The notes under the pieces were generated by a model. The model was not told the origin of the DNA, did not search any database, and worked only from the letters and a program-made list of their open reading frames with translations. From the NCBI GenBank assembly GCA_965243125.1, contig OZ251529.1, positions 1,683,729-1,747,728 on the forward strand: a DNA stretch of 64,000 nucleotides, given 5' to 3'. How positions within the stretch are numbered: the first letter of the stretch is position 1; each line of letters opens with the position of its first letter. Position numbers and translations under genes: made by a program. This stretch comes from Dehalococcoidia bacterium. GTDB lineage: Bacteria > Chloroflexota > Dehalococcoidia > Bin125. Shown here one piece after another: positions 27,459 through 36,077 of the stretch.

Positions 27459-29267
27459 ATGCCTGACTATGCGCGCCGTTCCGCCGGCCTTGCTCTCGCA
27501 GCCCTCCTGGCCGTCGCCGTGATCATTGCCCTCGATGCGCCGGGCGCCGCCGCGCAGCGCGGGGAGCGGGCGGTCGCGATCACGGTCGGTTGGGAGCACG
27601 CCTGTGCGCTGCTCGACTCGGGCGCGATTGAGTGCTGGGGACGCAACTTCTACGGCCAGACGGACGCGCCGGACGGAGCGTTCAGCGCGATCAGCGCAGG
27701 CAGGTTCTACACCTGCGGGCTGCGCGCGAACGATGCGATCGAGTGCTGGGGAAACAACGAGTACGGTCAAGCCGATGCGCCGAGCGGTCGCTTCAGCGCG
27801 GTCAGCGCGAGCTATTCGCACACCTGCGGGCGACGAGCGGAAGGCGAAGTCGAGTGCTGGGGGAACGACGGGCGGGGTCAGGCAGATGCGCCTGGCGGGG
27901 CGTTCAACGCGGTCAGCGCGGGCGGGGACCACACCTGCGGGCTGCGCCTGAGCGGAAGGGTCGAGTGTTGGGGATACAACATCTCCGGCCAGGCCGACGC
28001 GCCGGGCGGGCCATTCAGCGCTATCAGCGCGGGCGGGGACCACACCTGCGGGCTGCGTGCAAGCGGCGCGGTCGAGTGTTGGGGATACAACTACGACGGC
28101 CGAGCGGATGCGCCGAGCGGGACATTCAGCGCTATCAGCGCGGGCGGGGACCACACTTGCGGGCTGCGCGCGAACGGCGCGATCGCGTGCTGGGGAGACA
28201 ACGACGACGGCCAAGCGGATGCGCCGGGCGGGTCGTTCAGCGCCGTCAGCGCGGGCAGGGACCGTACCTGCGGGCTGCGCGCGAGCGGCGCGGTCGCGTG
28301 CTGGGGAGGCAACGACGACGGCCGAGCGGACGCGCCAAGCGGGTCGTTCAGCGCGGTCAGCGCGGGCGGGAGCCACACCTGCGGGCTGCGCACGAACGGC
28401 GTGATCGCGTGTTGGGGATCCAAGCACTTCGGCCAGGCCGACGCGCCGGGCGGGTCGTTCAGCGCTATCAGCGCGGGCGCGGGCCACACTTGCGGGCTGC
28501 GCGCGAGCGGCGCGGTCGCGTGCTGGGGAGACAACGACGACGGCCGAGCGGATGCACCGGGCGGGTCGTTCAGCGCGGTCAGCGCGGGCGCGATTCACAC
28601 CTGTGGGCTGCGCACGAACGGAAAGGTCGAGTGTTGGGGAGACAACGACGACGGCCGAGCGGGCGCGCCGGGCGGGTCGTTCAGCGCGGTCAGCGCCGGG
28701 GGCCACACCTGCGGGCTGCGTGCGAGCGGTGCGGTCATGTGCTGGGGATACAACCGCTTCGGCCAGGCCGACGCGCCGGGCGGGTCGTTCAGCGCGGTCA
28801 GCGCCGGGGGCCACACCTGCGGGCTGCGTGCGAGCGGTGCGGTCATGTGCTGGGGATCCAACCGCTTCGGCCAGGCCGACGCGCCGGGCGGGTCGTTCAG
28901 CGCGGTCAGCGCCGGCCAATTCCACACCTGCGGGCTGCGTGCGAGCGGAGCGGTTGTGTGCTGGGGATCCGAGCACTTCGGCCAGTCTAACGCGCCGGGC
29001 GGGACGTTCAGCGCTATCAGCGCGGGCTACCGGCACACCTGCGGGCTGCGCGCGAGCGGCGCGGTCGAGTGCTGGGGAAACAGCAACGCGGGCGATGTCC
29101 CCGCCTGGCTGCGCGGCGGCGGGCTCCCGAGCACGGGCACAGGCGGCTTGCTCACTCGCGACGGCGGCGCTTTGCCGGTCGAGCTGATCACCCTCGCCTT
29201 GCTGTGCGCCTCAACGGTGCTGTGGATGCTGTGGGCGTTGGCGCAACGCCGACACGATCGGGGCTAG
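27459..29267 (+). CDS. RCC1-repeat (beta-propeller blade) surface protein with signal/anchor N-terminus and C-terminal LPSTG-like sorting signal
   Basis: There are 13 or so repeats of about 40 aa with consensus GxFSAVSAGxxHTCGLRxxGAVxCWGxNxxGQADAP. The C-terminus is LPSTG followed by a hydrophobic stretch and RRHDRG. Start was set by alignment with the paralog at 35936. Confidence 0.8.
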   Translation: MPDYARRSAGLALAALLAVAVIIALDAPGAAAQRGERAVAITVGWEHACALLDSGAIECWGRNFYGQTDAPDGAFSAISAGRFYTCGLRANDAIECWGNNEYGQADAPSGRFSAVSASYSHTCGRRAEGEVECWGNDGRGQADAPGGAFNAVSAGGDHTCGLRLSGRVECWGYNISGQADAPGGPFSAISAGGDHTCGLRASGAVECWGYNYDGRADAPSGTFSAISAGGDHTCGLRANGAIACWGDNDDGQADAPGGSFSAVSAGRDRTCGLRASGAVACWGGNDDGRADAPSGSFSAVSAGGSHTCGLRTNGVIACWGSKHFGQADAPGGSFSAISAGAGHTCGLRASGAVACWGDNDDGRADAPGGSFSAVSAGAIHTCGLRTNGKVECWGDNDDGRAGAPGGSFSAVSAGGHTCGLRASGAVMCWGYNRFGQADAPGGSFSAVSAGGHTCGLRASGAVMCWGSNRFGQADAPGGSFSAVSAGQFHTCGLRASGAVVCWGSEHFGQSNAPGGTFSAISAGYRHTCGLRASGAVECWGNSNAGDVPAWLRGGGLPSTGTGGLLTRDGGALPVELITLALLCASTVLWMLWALAQRRHDRG

Positions 29268-29330
29268 CGGTATCAAAGTCGCCCGTGCTGAGGGGCGGCG
29301 GCTAGCGGCTGTCTTGTGTGGCGGGCGTCC

Positions 29331-29420
29331 CCCCTCTGCCTGCGGCATCTCCCCCCGGAGGGGGAGAAATTGGGGTGAGCGGCATTTCCCCGGAGGGGGG
29401 AGAAAATTGGGGTGGGCGGC
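29331..29420. repeat. two tandem copies of the ctcccccc-gg-aggggga-gaaa-ttggggtg palindromic element
   Basis: Same family as 27322-27371. They lie immediately upstream of dnaX. Confidence 0.5.
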
Positions 29421-29472
29421 CTCTTCCTTCGCTGGGGGGAGAGCATTGCTGGGGAGGGCGTAGACTGGGGGG

Positions 29473-31236
29473 GTGCGCAGCACTGTTCTTTACCGCAAGT
29501 GGCGTCCCGACGATTTCGACGGCGTGGCCGGGCAGGAGCCGGTTGTGCGCACGCTGCGCAACGCCGTCGAGCAGGACAAGATCGCCCACGCCTATCTGTT
29601 CTGCGGGCCGCGCGGCACGGGCAAGACGACTACGGCGCGGATTCTGGCGCGGGCGATCAACGGAGTTGCGCCCAGCGCGGGCGCGCTGGACGGCGGCAAC
29701 GACGCGCTCGGCTTCGACCTGGTGGAGATCGACGCGGCCAGCAACCGCGGGATCGACGACATCCGCGACCTGCGCGAGCGGGCCAACTACCAGCCTGGCT
29801 CGGCCCGCTTCAAGGTCTATCTGATCGACGAGGTGCATCAGCTGACCGGGGCGGCCGCCGACGCGCTGCTGAAAACGCTCGAAGAGCCGCCGCCGCATGT
29901 GGTCTTCATCCTGGCCACGACGGATCCGGAGGCGCTCAAGCCGACGATCCTCAGCCGCTGCCAGCGCTACGACTTCCGCCGCGTGGCGGTGGACGACATC
30001 GTGGGGCGGCTGCGGACGATCGCCGACGCGGAGCAGATCGCGATCGGCGACGACGCGCTGCGGCTGATCGCGCGGGAGTCGACCGGCTCGCTGCGCGACG
30101 CGGTGAATCTGCTCGACCAGCTGTGGACGACCTGCGGGGACGATGTGTCGCTGGAAGCGGCGCAGGAGGCGCTGGGCCTCAGCCCCGACGCGCGCGCGTT
30201 GGAGTTGGTCGCGGCGGCGCTGCGCAAGGATTTGAGCGGCGGGCTGGCGGTGCTGGGCGCGGTGCAATCCGACGCGCTCGATTTCCTGCGCTTCAAAAAG
30301 CAGGTGGTGACGCATCTGCGGCACATTCTGCTGCTGCTGACCGGCGCGGAGGGCTCGCTCTCGCTCAGCCAGCCCGAGCAGGAGCAGCTGCGCGAGACGG
30401 GCAAGGGCGTGGAAGCCGGCGTCGCCGTGGCCGCGCTGCGCGCCTTCGCCGACGCCGATGTGCGCTCCGATCCCTACTCGCCGCTGCCGCTGGAGCTGGC
30501 GCTGGCGGCTCTCGTCTATGAGCCGCCGAAGCAGGTTGTGGAAGCGGCGCCCGCCGCTGCGCCCGAGCGGCGCAGCCGCCAGTCGCAAGCGCCGTCGCGC
30601 GGTCAGGGGCAGCGGAGGCAGCAGCGCAGCCAACAGGGCAGCCAACAACGGGGCCAGCAGGGCGGCCAACGCCGCGCCTCCCAATCGCAGCAATCCGCTC
30701 AACCCGCCCAGCCCGCGCAGGCCCCGCCGCAGGGACAGCGGCCCGCGCGCGACTCATCCGCTCGCCCCGCCCGAGCGCCCGCCGATCAACTGATTGATCA
30801 GATCCGCGACCAACTGCGCGAACAGCGCGAGGGACTGCTCGCCACACTGCTCAATCAATCCTGCCGGATCGTTGAGCAGACCGAGAACAAGCTCGTGCTC
30901 GGCTTCCTGCCCAACTACCAGAATGTCCACATGGAAAAGGTCCGCGAGGCTGTCGACAAGGTCGCCGCCGCCGCTTCCGCCGTGCTGGGCCGCGCCGTGG
31001 CCGTTGAATGCGTGCCGATCGACGATGCCAACGCCGCTCCGCCCCGCGCCGCATCAGCCGCGCCGAGCGCATCGCCCGCCGCAGCCAACCCCCCGTCCAA
31101 CCCCGCGCCCGCACAGCCGTCGGCCGCGCCCGAACCCCCGTCGGCCACCGTCGCTGAAGCGCCTGCCCAGCCGTCGTATAGTCCACTGGTAGAGGACGCG
31201 CTTGAGCGTTTCGGCGCGCGGATCGTCGAATCCTGA
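29473..31236 (+). CDS. dnaX: DNA polymerase III subunits gamma/tau
   Basis: The Walker A motif is GPRGTGKTT. Domain III and a low-complexity Q/R-rich tau linker are present. The start codon is GTG. Confidence 0.93.
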   Translation: MRSTVLYRKWRPDDFDGVAGQEPVVRTLRNAVEQDKIAHAYLFCGPRGTGKTTTARILARAINGVAPSAGALDGGNDALGFDLVEIDAASNRGIDDIRDLRERANYQPGSARFKVYLIDEVHQLTGAAADALLKTLEEPPPHVVFILATTDPEALKPTILSRCQRYDFRRVAVDDIVGRLRTIADAEQIAIGDDALRLIARESTGSLRDAVNLLDQLWTTCGDDVSLEAAQEALGLSPDARALELVAAALRKDLSGGLAVLGAVQSDALDFLRFKKQVVTHLRHILLLLTGAEGSLSLSQPEQEQLRETGKGVEAGVAVAALRAFADADVRSDPYSPLPLELALAALVYEPPKQVVEAAPAAAPERRSRQSQAPSRGQGQRRQQRSQQGSQQRGQQGGQRRASQSQQSAQPAQPAQAPPQGQRPARDSSARPARAPADQLIDQIRDQLREQREGLLATLLNQSCRIVEQTENKLVLGFLPNYQNVHMEKVREAVDKVAAAASAVLGRAVAVECVPIDDANAAPPRAASAAPSASPAAANPPSNPAPAQPSAAPEPPSATVAEAPAQPSYSPLVEDALERFGARIVES

Positions 31237-31252
31237 GCGAACGGAGCGAACG

Positions 31253-31633
31253 ATGGCGAAAAAAGGCGGGATGTTTCGTCAGTCGCGGCGCGCCGCGCGC
31301 GGGCAGGGCGCGGCCGGCGCCGGCGGCTTCAACCCGGAGATGATCCGCCGCGCGCAGGAACTCCAGGAGCAGATGGCGCAGGCGCAGGATGAGCTGCAGG
31401 ACGCGACCGTCACCGCGACGGCCGGCGGCGGCATCGTCAGCGTCACCCTCGGCGGCGACCACAAGCTGCGCTCCGTCACCATCGACCCCGATGTAGTCGA
31501 TCCGGACGACACGGAGATGCTCCAGGATCTGCTGATGGCGGCGGTGAACGAGGCGCAGGACCAGATGGAGGCGCTGCGCGAGCAGCGGCTCGCGGGGCTG
31601 ACCGAGGGGCTACAGGTCCCCGGGCTGACGTAG
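31253..31633 (+). CDS. ybaB: nucleoid-associated protein YbaB/EbfC
   Basis: The motif GGGIVSVTLGGDHKLRSVTIDP is present, and the dnaX-ybaB-recR synteny is canonical. Confidence 0.9.
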   Translation: MAKKGGMFRQSRRAARGQGAAGAGGFNPEMIRRAQELQEQMAQAQDELQDATVTATAGGGIVSVTLGGDHKLRSVTIDPDVVDPDDTEMLQDLLMAAVNEAQDQMEALREQRLAGLTEGLQVPGLT

Positions 31634-31642
31634 GGCGGCGCG

Positions 31643-32293
31643 ATGCAGCGATCGCCCGTCACCGCGCCGACGCTCGCGCGGCTGATCGACGCCTTTCATC
31701 GGCTGCCGGGCATCGGTCCCAAGAGCGCGCAGCGGCTCGCGTATCACATCCTGCGCGCCCCGCGCTCCGAAGCGGAAGCGCTGGCGGACGCGCTGCTGGA
31801 GGTGAAAGACCGCACCCGACTCTGCGGTGTCTGCCAAAACATCACCGATGCCGATCCCTGCGCGGTGTGCAGCGATCCCAACCGCGCCGCCGACACAATC
31901 TGCGTGGTCGAGGAGCCGCTGGACATCGTGGCGATTGAGCGGACCGGCGTCCACCGCGGGCGCTATCACGTGCTGCACGGCGCGATCAGCCCGATGGACG
32001 GCGTCGGTCCGGAAGACCTCAAGGTGCGCGAACTGCTTGAGCGACTCGGCGATCGCACGGTGCAGGAAGTGATTCTGGCGACCAACCCCAACCTTGAGGG
32101 CGAGGCCACCGCTGGCTACCTCTCGCGCGTGATCGGCGCGATGGGCGTGCGGCTCACGCGGATCGCGCACGGGCTGCCGGTCGGCGCGGATGTGGAGTAC
32201 GCCGACGAGCGCACGCTGCGCGAAGCGCTCACCCACCGCGTGCGGATGGACGGCGACGCCGATGAGGGCATCAGCAACGACGGGGCGACATAA
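31643..32293 (+). CDS. recR: recombination protein RecR
   Basis: The HhH motif is LPGIGPKSAQRLA, the C4 zinc finger is CGVCQNITDADPCAVC, and a Toprim domain is present. Confidence 0.93.
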   Translation: MQRSPVTAPTLARLIDAFHRLPGIGPKSAQRLAYHILRAPRSEAEALADALLEVKDRTRLCGVCQNITDADPCAVCSDPNRAADTICVVEEPLDIVAIERTGVHRGRYHVLHGAISPMDGVGPEDLKVRELLERLGDRTVQEVILATNPNLEGEATAGYLSRVIGAMGVRLTRIAHGLPVGADVEYADERTLREALTHRVRMDGDADEGISNDGAT

Positions 32294-33093
32294 TGCCGCG
32301 CACCCGCCCGCTGCGCAGCGAGGCGATCGTGCTGCGGCAGCGCCCGATCGGCGATGCCGACAAGGTTTGCGTGTTGCTCTCGCCCGCCCACGGCCGGATC
32401 GAAGCCGTCGCGCGCGGGGTGCGCAAGACGACCAGCCGCCTGGCCGGCCATGTCGAAGCGCTCAGCCGCGGCTCGTTTCAGCTGGCGCAGGGGCGTTCGA
32501 TGTACATCGTCACCCAGGCGCAGACGCTCGACGCCTGGCCGGGGCTGCACGACGACATCGATCGCCTCAGCCTGGCGGTGAGCACGGCGGAGCTGATCGA
32601 TCGCACCGCCGTCGCCGATCTCGGCAGCCGCGCGCTCTACGAGCTGACGCGCGAGACGCTGTCGCGCATCGCGGAAGCGAAGGAGCCGGCCGCCGCGGCG
32701 CGCTGGTTTCGTCTGCGCTGGCTCGATCAACAGGGCTACCAGCCGGAGCTCAACGACTGTGTGCGCTGCCGCGCGGCGCTCGAGCCGGAGGGCAACGGGC
32801 TGGCCGCTCTGGAGGGCGGCGTCGTTTGCCCCGACTGCCATCGGGCCGGCGCGGGCGCGCCGCTGTCGAGCACAGCGTTCAAATTGCTACGCTACATGCG
32901 ACGCTCGTCGTTCGACCTCACGGCGCAGGTGCGGCTCAGCCCCGCCGCCGCTGCGGAGGTCGACCGGCACCTGTCGGCGCTCGTTGAGCACGCGCTCGAC
33001 GGGCGGCTGCGCAGTTCGTCGTTCGCGCGGGCGCTGGAGGGCGCCGGGCGCGGAGCGAGAGTGACGAAGGAGACCGACCATGCCGCTGTATGA
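32293..33093 (+). CDS. recO: DNA repair protein RecO
   Basis: An N-terminal OB fold is followed by the C4 zinc finger CVRCRAA...CPDC. It overlaps recR as TAATG. Confidence 0.85.
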   Translation: MPRTRPLRSEAIVLRQRPIGDADKVCVLLSPAHGRIEAVARGVRKTTSRLAGHVEALSRGSFQLAQGRSMYIVTQAQTLDAWPGLHDDIDRLSLAVSTAELIDRTAVADLGSRALYELTRETLSRIAEAKEPAAAARWFRLRWLDQQGYQPELNDCVRCRAALEPEGNGLAALEGGVVCPDCHRAGAGAPLSSTAFKLLRYMRRSSFDLTAQVRLSPAAAAEVDRHLSALVEHALDGRLRSSSFARALEGAGRGARVTKETDHAAV

Positions 33094-33520
33094 GTACCTT
33101 TGCGAAGACTGCGAGGGCATCTTCGAGGTCGTGCGCCCGATCCGCGAAGCGCCCGAGCCGCAGCCCTGCCCGGAATGCGACGCCGAGTGCGAGCGGGTGA
33201 TGCCCTCCTCGTTCGCCGCGTTCGTGATGCGGCAGGGCTATCCGCGCCGCATTCCGGATCGGGGCAACTACTGGCACCTCGGCCAGGAGGTCACCTATCT
33301 GCCGAAGAAGGCGCGCCCCTACGAGCACCCGCAGGTGACGAAGAAGCGGGAGAAGGAGCCGCTCGGCGCGCAGGACTACACGGATCTGGTCGATCAGAAG
33401 ATCGCGGAGCGCCGTCTGGCGCGAGAGGATCGGCGCAAGGAGCGGGAGTTGAAGAACGACCGGATGGCGCGCAAGGGCACGCCCTCGAAGCCGTTGGCTC
33501 CGCCCCAGCCGCGCGGCTGA
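33080..33520 (+). CDS. FmdB-family zinc-ribbon protein with basic C-terminal tail
   Basis: The N-terminus is MPLYEYLCEDCEGIFE, followed by CPEC. Confidence 0.75.
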   Translation: MPLYEYLCEDCEGIFEVVRPIREAPEPQPCPECDAECERVMPSSFAAFVMRQGYPRRIPDRGNYWHLGQEVTYLPKKARPYEHPQVTKKREKEPLGAQDYTDLVDQKIAERRLAREDRRKERELKNDRMARKGTPSKPLAPPQPRG

Positions 33521-33593
33521 CCCGCGACCACTGCGCCGGTTCGGGCAAACGCACTGCCCTTCTCGCACCGACACCATTCACCGCCCTCCTTTC

Positions 33594-33696
33594 CCGTCAT
33601 TCCCGCCCCCGAGCGGGAATCGGCCCCGAGGTCGCCCCGGACGCTCGCGCCGTCGATATCCGTCGCCCCAGACTTGATCTGGGGCCCAAACCCAAC
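33594..33696. repeat. composite repeat (CGTCAT hairpin plus cgtcgccccagacttgatctggggcccaaacccaac), also found at 62220-62326
   Basis: The two loci are near-identical over about 100 bp. Confidence 0.6.
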
Positions 33697-33782
33697 GTTG
33701 TTCGCAGCGCAGTGGGCCGGGTAGCGGCTGACTGGTGTGGGCAGGGTTGTTCGATGCGCTGTGCTGCCAACAACAGCCGTAT

Positions 33783-33891
33783 GGATTCCAGCGTGCGCTG
33801 GAATGACGGGAGACGAGGTTGGGTGCTGTTGACGTCGAGATACCCCCGTTCGGGCCGGGGGCAGGCTCCGCGTCAAGCGCGGGTATGACGG
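33783..33891. repeat. two further CGTCAT-family hairpin elements (attccagcg variant; 58-bp long variant)
   Basis: The reverse complement of 62443-62500 matches 33834-33891 closely. Confidence 0.55.
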
Positions 33892-33929
33892 GGAGCGTGG
33901 GGTAGGTATGGCGGGAGTGCGAACAGGTC

Positions 33930-35936
33930 CTAGCCGCCGCTGAGCTCGATTTCGGTGCTGCGCAGCCAGCGATTGGCCGCTGCGTCCACCGGGACATACC
34001 GCAATGGCGGCAGGATGCGCTCACCGCCCGTCGGTGTGAAGGCGAACTCGATCCGGCCGTCGGCGAGCAGCCGCGCGCTGATCCGGCCGATTTCCACGCC
34101 GCCGACCTCCACGGGCGTTGAGCGCCGCCAGCGGTCGACGGTCGCGCCGGTTGGGAAGTACCGCGCGCGCGGCAGCACGCGCTCGCCGTCGCTGAGCAGC
34201 CAGCCGAACTCGGTGCGCCCGTCGGCCAGGCGGCGGGCGGTGATCCACCCGCTGGTCGGAGCGCTCGGCTCGCGCAGCCAGGCAGGGACATCGGCGATGC
34301 CGCTGTAGATCATCCAGCAGGAGACGATCCCGTCCTCGCTCAGCGCGCAGGCGTGGTAATCGCCGGAGCTGATCGCGGTGTGTTTGCCCGCCGGCGGCTG
34401 TGCCTGGCCATCGAACGTGTATCCCCAGCACACGACCGCGCCGCTCGTGCGCAGTCCGCAGGTGTGGTAGCGGCCCGCGCTGACGGCTCTGAACACTCCG
34501 CCCGGCGCGTCCGTTTGGCCGAACTGGTTGCCTCCCCAGCACACGACCGCGCCGCCGATGCGCAGCCCGCAGGTGTGCAGCCAGCCCGCGCTGACCGCGC
34601 GGAACGACCTGCTCGGCGCGTCCGTCTGACCGTGGTAGTTCCATCCCCAGCACTCGACCGCGCTACTCGGGCGCAGCCCGCAGCTATGGCCATTGCCCAC
34701 GCTGACGGCATTGAACGACCCGTTCGGCACATCCGCCTGCCCGTTGTGGTTGTCTCCCCAACATTCGATCGCGCCGCTCGTGCGCAGCCCGCAGGTATGC
34801 TGCCAGCCCGTGCTGACGGCTTTGAACGACCCGCTCGGCGCGTCGGTCTGGCCGTCGTCGTTGTCTCCCCAGCACTCGACCGCGCCGCTTGGGCGCAGCC
34901 CGCAGGTGTGGCCCTTGCCCGCGCTGACCGCACGGAGCGACCCGTCCGGCGCGTTGGCCTGGCCCCACCCGTCGTTTCCCCAGCATTCGACCGCGCCGCT
35001 CGTGCGCAGCCCGCAGGTGTGGATTACACCAGCGTTGATGACGCTAAACGACCCGCCCGGCGCGTCGGCCTGACCGTACTCGTACTCACTGTATCTGTCC
35101 CAGCATTCGACCGCGCCGCTCATGCGGAGCCCGCAGGTGAACGAAAAGCCCGCGTTGACGGCGCTGAACGACCCGCCCGGCACGTCGGCTTCGCCGTAGA
35201 AGTCCCAGCACACGACCGCGCCGCTCGGACGTAGCCCGCAGGTGTGCAACTGGCCCGGGCTGACCGCGCTGAACGATCCGCCTGGCCCTTCCTCCCACTG
35301 ACCCTCCTCATCCCAGCACTCGATCGCGCCGCTCGGACGCAATCCGCAGGTGTCCGAGTTGCCCGCGCTGACGGCGCTGAACAACCCGCCCGGCGCCTCC
35401 GGCCAGCCGAACTCATTGCCTCCCCAGCACTCGACCGCGCCGTTCGCGCGCAGCCCACAGGTGTGCGATCCGCCAGCGCTGATCGCGCTGAACGATCCGC
35501 CCGGCGCGTTCGTCCGGCTGTATTCGCTGTATCCCCAGCACTCGGCCGCGCCGCTCAGACGCAGCCCGCAGGTGTGCAACCCGCCTGCGCTGATCGCGCT
35601 GAACGATCCGCGCGGCGCGTTCGCTTGGCCGTAATCGTTGCGCCCCCAGCACTCGACTGCGCCGCTCACGCGCAGCCCGCAGGCGTGGTGTCGGCCTGCG
35701 CTGACTGCGTTGAACGACCCGCTGGGCGCGTCCGTCTGACCGGAGAAGCTGCTTCCCCAGCACTCGATTGCGCCCGAGTCGAGCAATGCGCAGGCGTGCT
35801 CCCAACCGACCGTGATCGCGACCGCCCGCTCGCTGCGCTGCGCTGCGGCGTCCGGCATGTCGAGGGCAATGATCGCGGCCACGGCCAGGAGGGCGGCGAG
35901 GGCAAGAGCGACGGAACGGCGGGCGCGGTTCGGCAT
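33930..35936 (-). CDS. RCC1-repeat surface protein, inverted paralog of 27459-29267, with two C-terminal copies of a novel roughly 45-aa module
   Basis: The N-terminal 60 codons or so are near-identical at nucleotide level to gene A, and RCC1 repeats follow. The C-terminal region holds two RIxARLLADGRxEF...ERILPxxRYxP...RWLRST modules. Confidence 0.8.
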   Translation of the reverse strand: MPNRARRSVALALAALLAVAAIIALDMPDAAAQRSERAVAITVGWEHACALLDSGAIECWGSSFSGQTDAPSGSFNAVSAGRHHACGLRVSGAVECWGRNDYGQANAPRGSFSAISAGGLHTCGLRLSGAAECWGYSEYSRTNAPGGSFSAISAGGSHTCGLRANGAVECWGGNEFGWPEAPGGLFSAVSAGNSDTCGLRPSGAIECWDEEGQWEEGPGGSFSAVSPGQLHTCGLRPSGAVVCWDFYGEADVPGGSFSAVNAGFSFTCGLRMSGAVECWDRYSEYEYGQADAPGGSFSVINAGVIHTCGLRTSGAVECWGNDGWGQANAPDGSLRAVSAGKGHTCGLRPSGAVECWGDNDDGQTDAPSGSFKAVSTGWQHTCGLRTSGAIECWGDNHNGQADVPNGSFNAVSVGNGHSCGLRPSSAVECWGWNYHGQTDAPSRSFRAVSAGWLHTCGLRIGGAVVCWGGNQFGQTDAPGGVFRAVSAGRYHTCGLRTSGAVVCWGYTFDGQAQPPAGKHTAISSGDYHACALSEDGIVSCWMIYSGIADVPAWLREPSAPTSGWITARRLADGRTEFGWLLSDGERVLPRARYFPTGATVDRWRRSTPVEVGGVEIGRISARLLADGRIEFAFTPTGGERILPPLRYVPVDAAANRWLRSTEIELSGG

Positions 35937-36077
35937 CGGATTTCCCTCGTCGTCGGCGGGTGTGTGTGAGGCTAGACGACGGGCTCCTCGCGGTTGTTCC
36001 CCGCGCGGCGGGCGCGGGTCAATCAGGCGGGGCAGGTTCCCGCTCGGGGGCGGGAATGGCGGAGCCTGGAGTGTGCG

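Noticed and set aside
27423-29036. 537-aa minus-strand ORF with striking ADRAERPARRV repeats, and similar ORFs at 34353-35234 and 35244-35969
   Set aside because: They are the antisense reading of the RCC1 blade repeats. The periodicity simply mirrors the plus-strand and opposite-strand gene repeats.
29268-29472. Looked for the SRP RNA (ffs), which commonly sits just upstream of dnaX
   Set aside because: No domain-IV-like CCGGAAGGAAGCAGC or GNRA-tetraloop motif is present. The interval is occupied by the palindromic C-run/G-run repeat elements instead.
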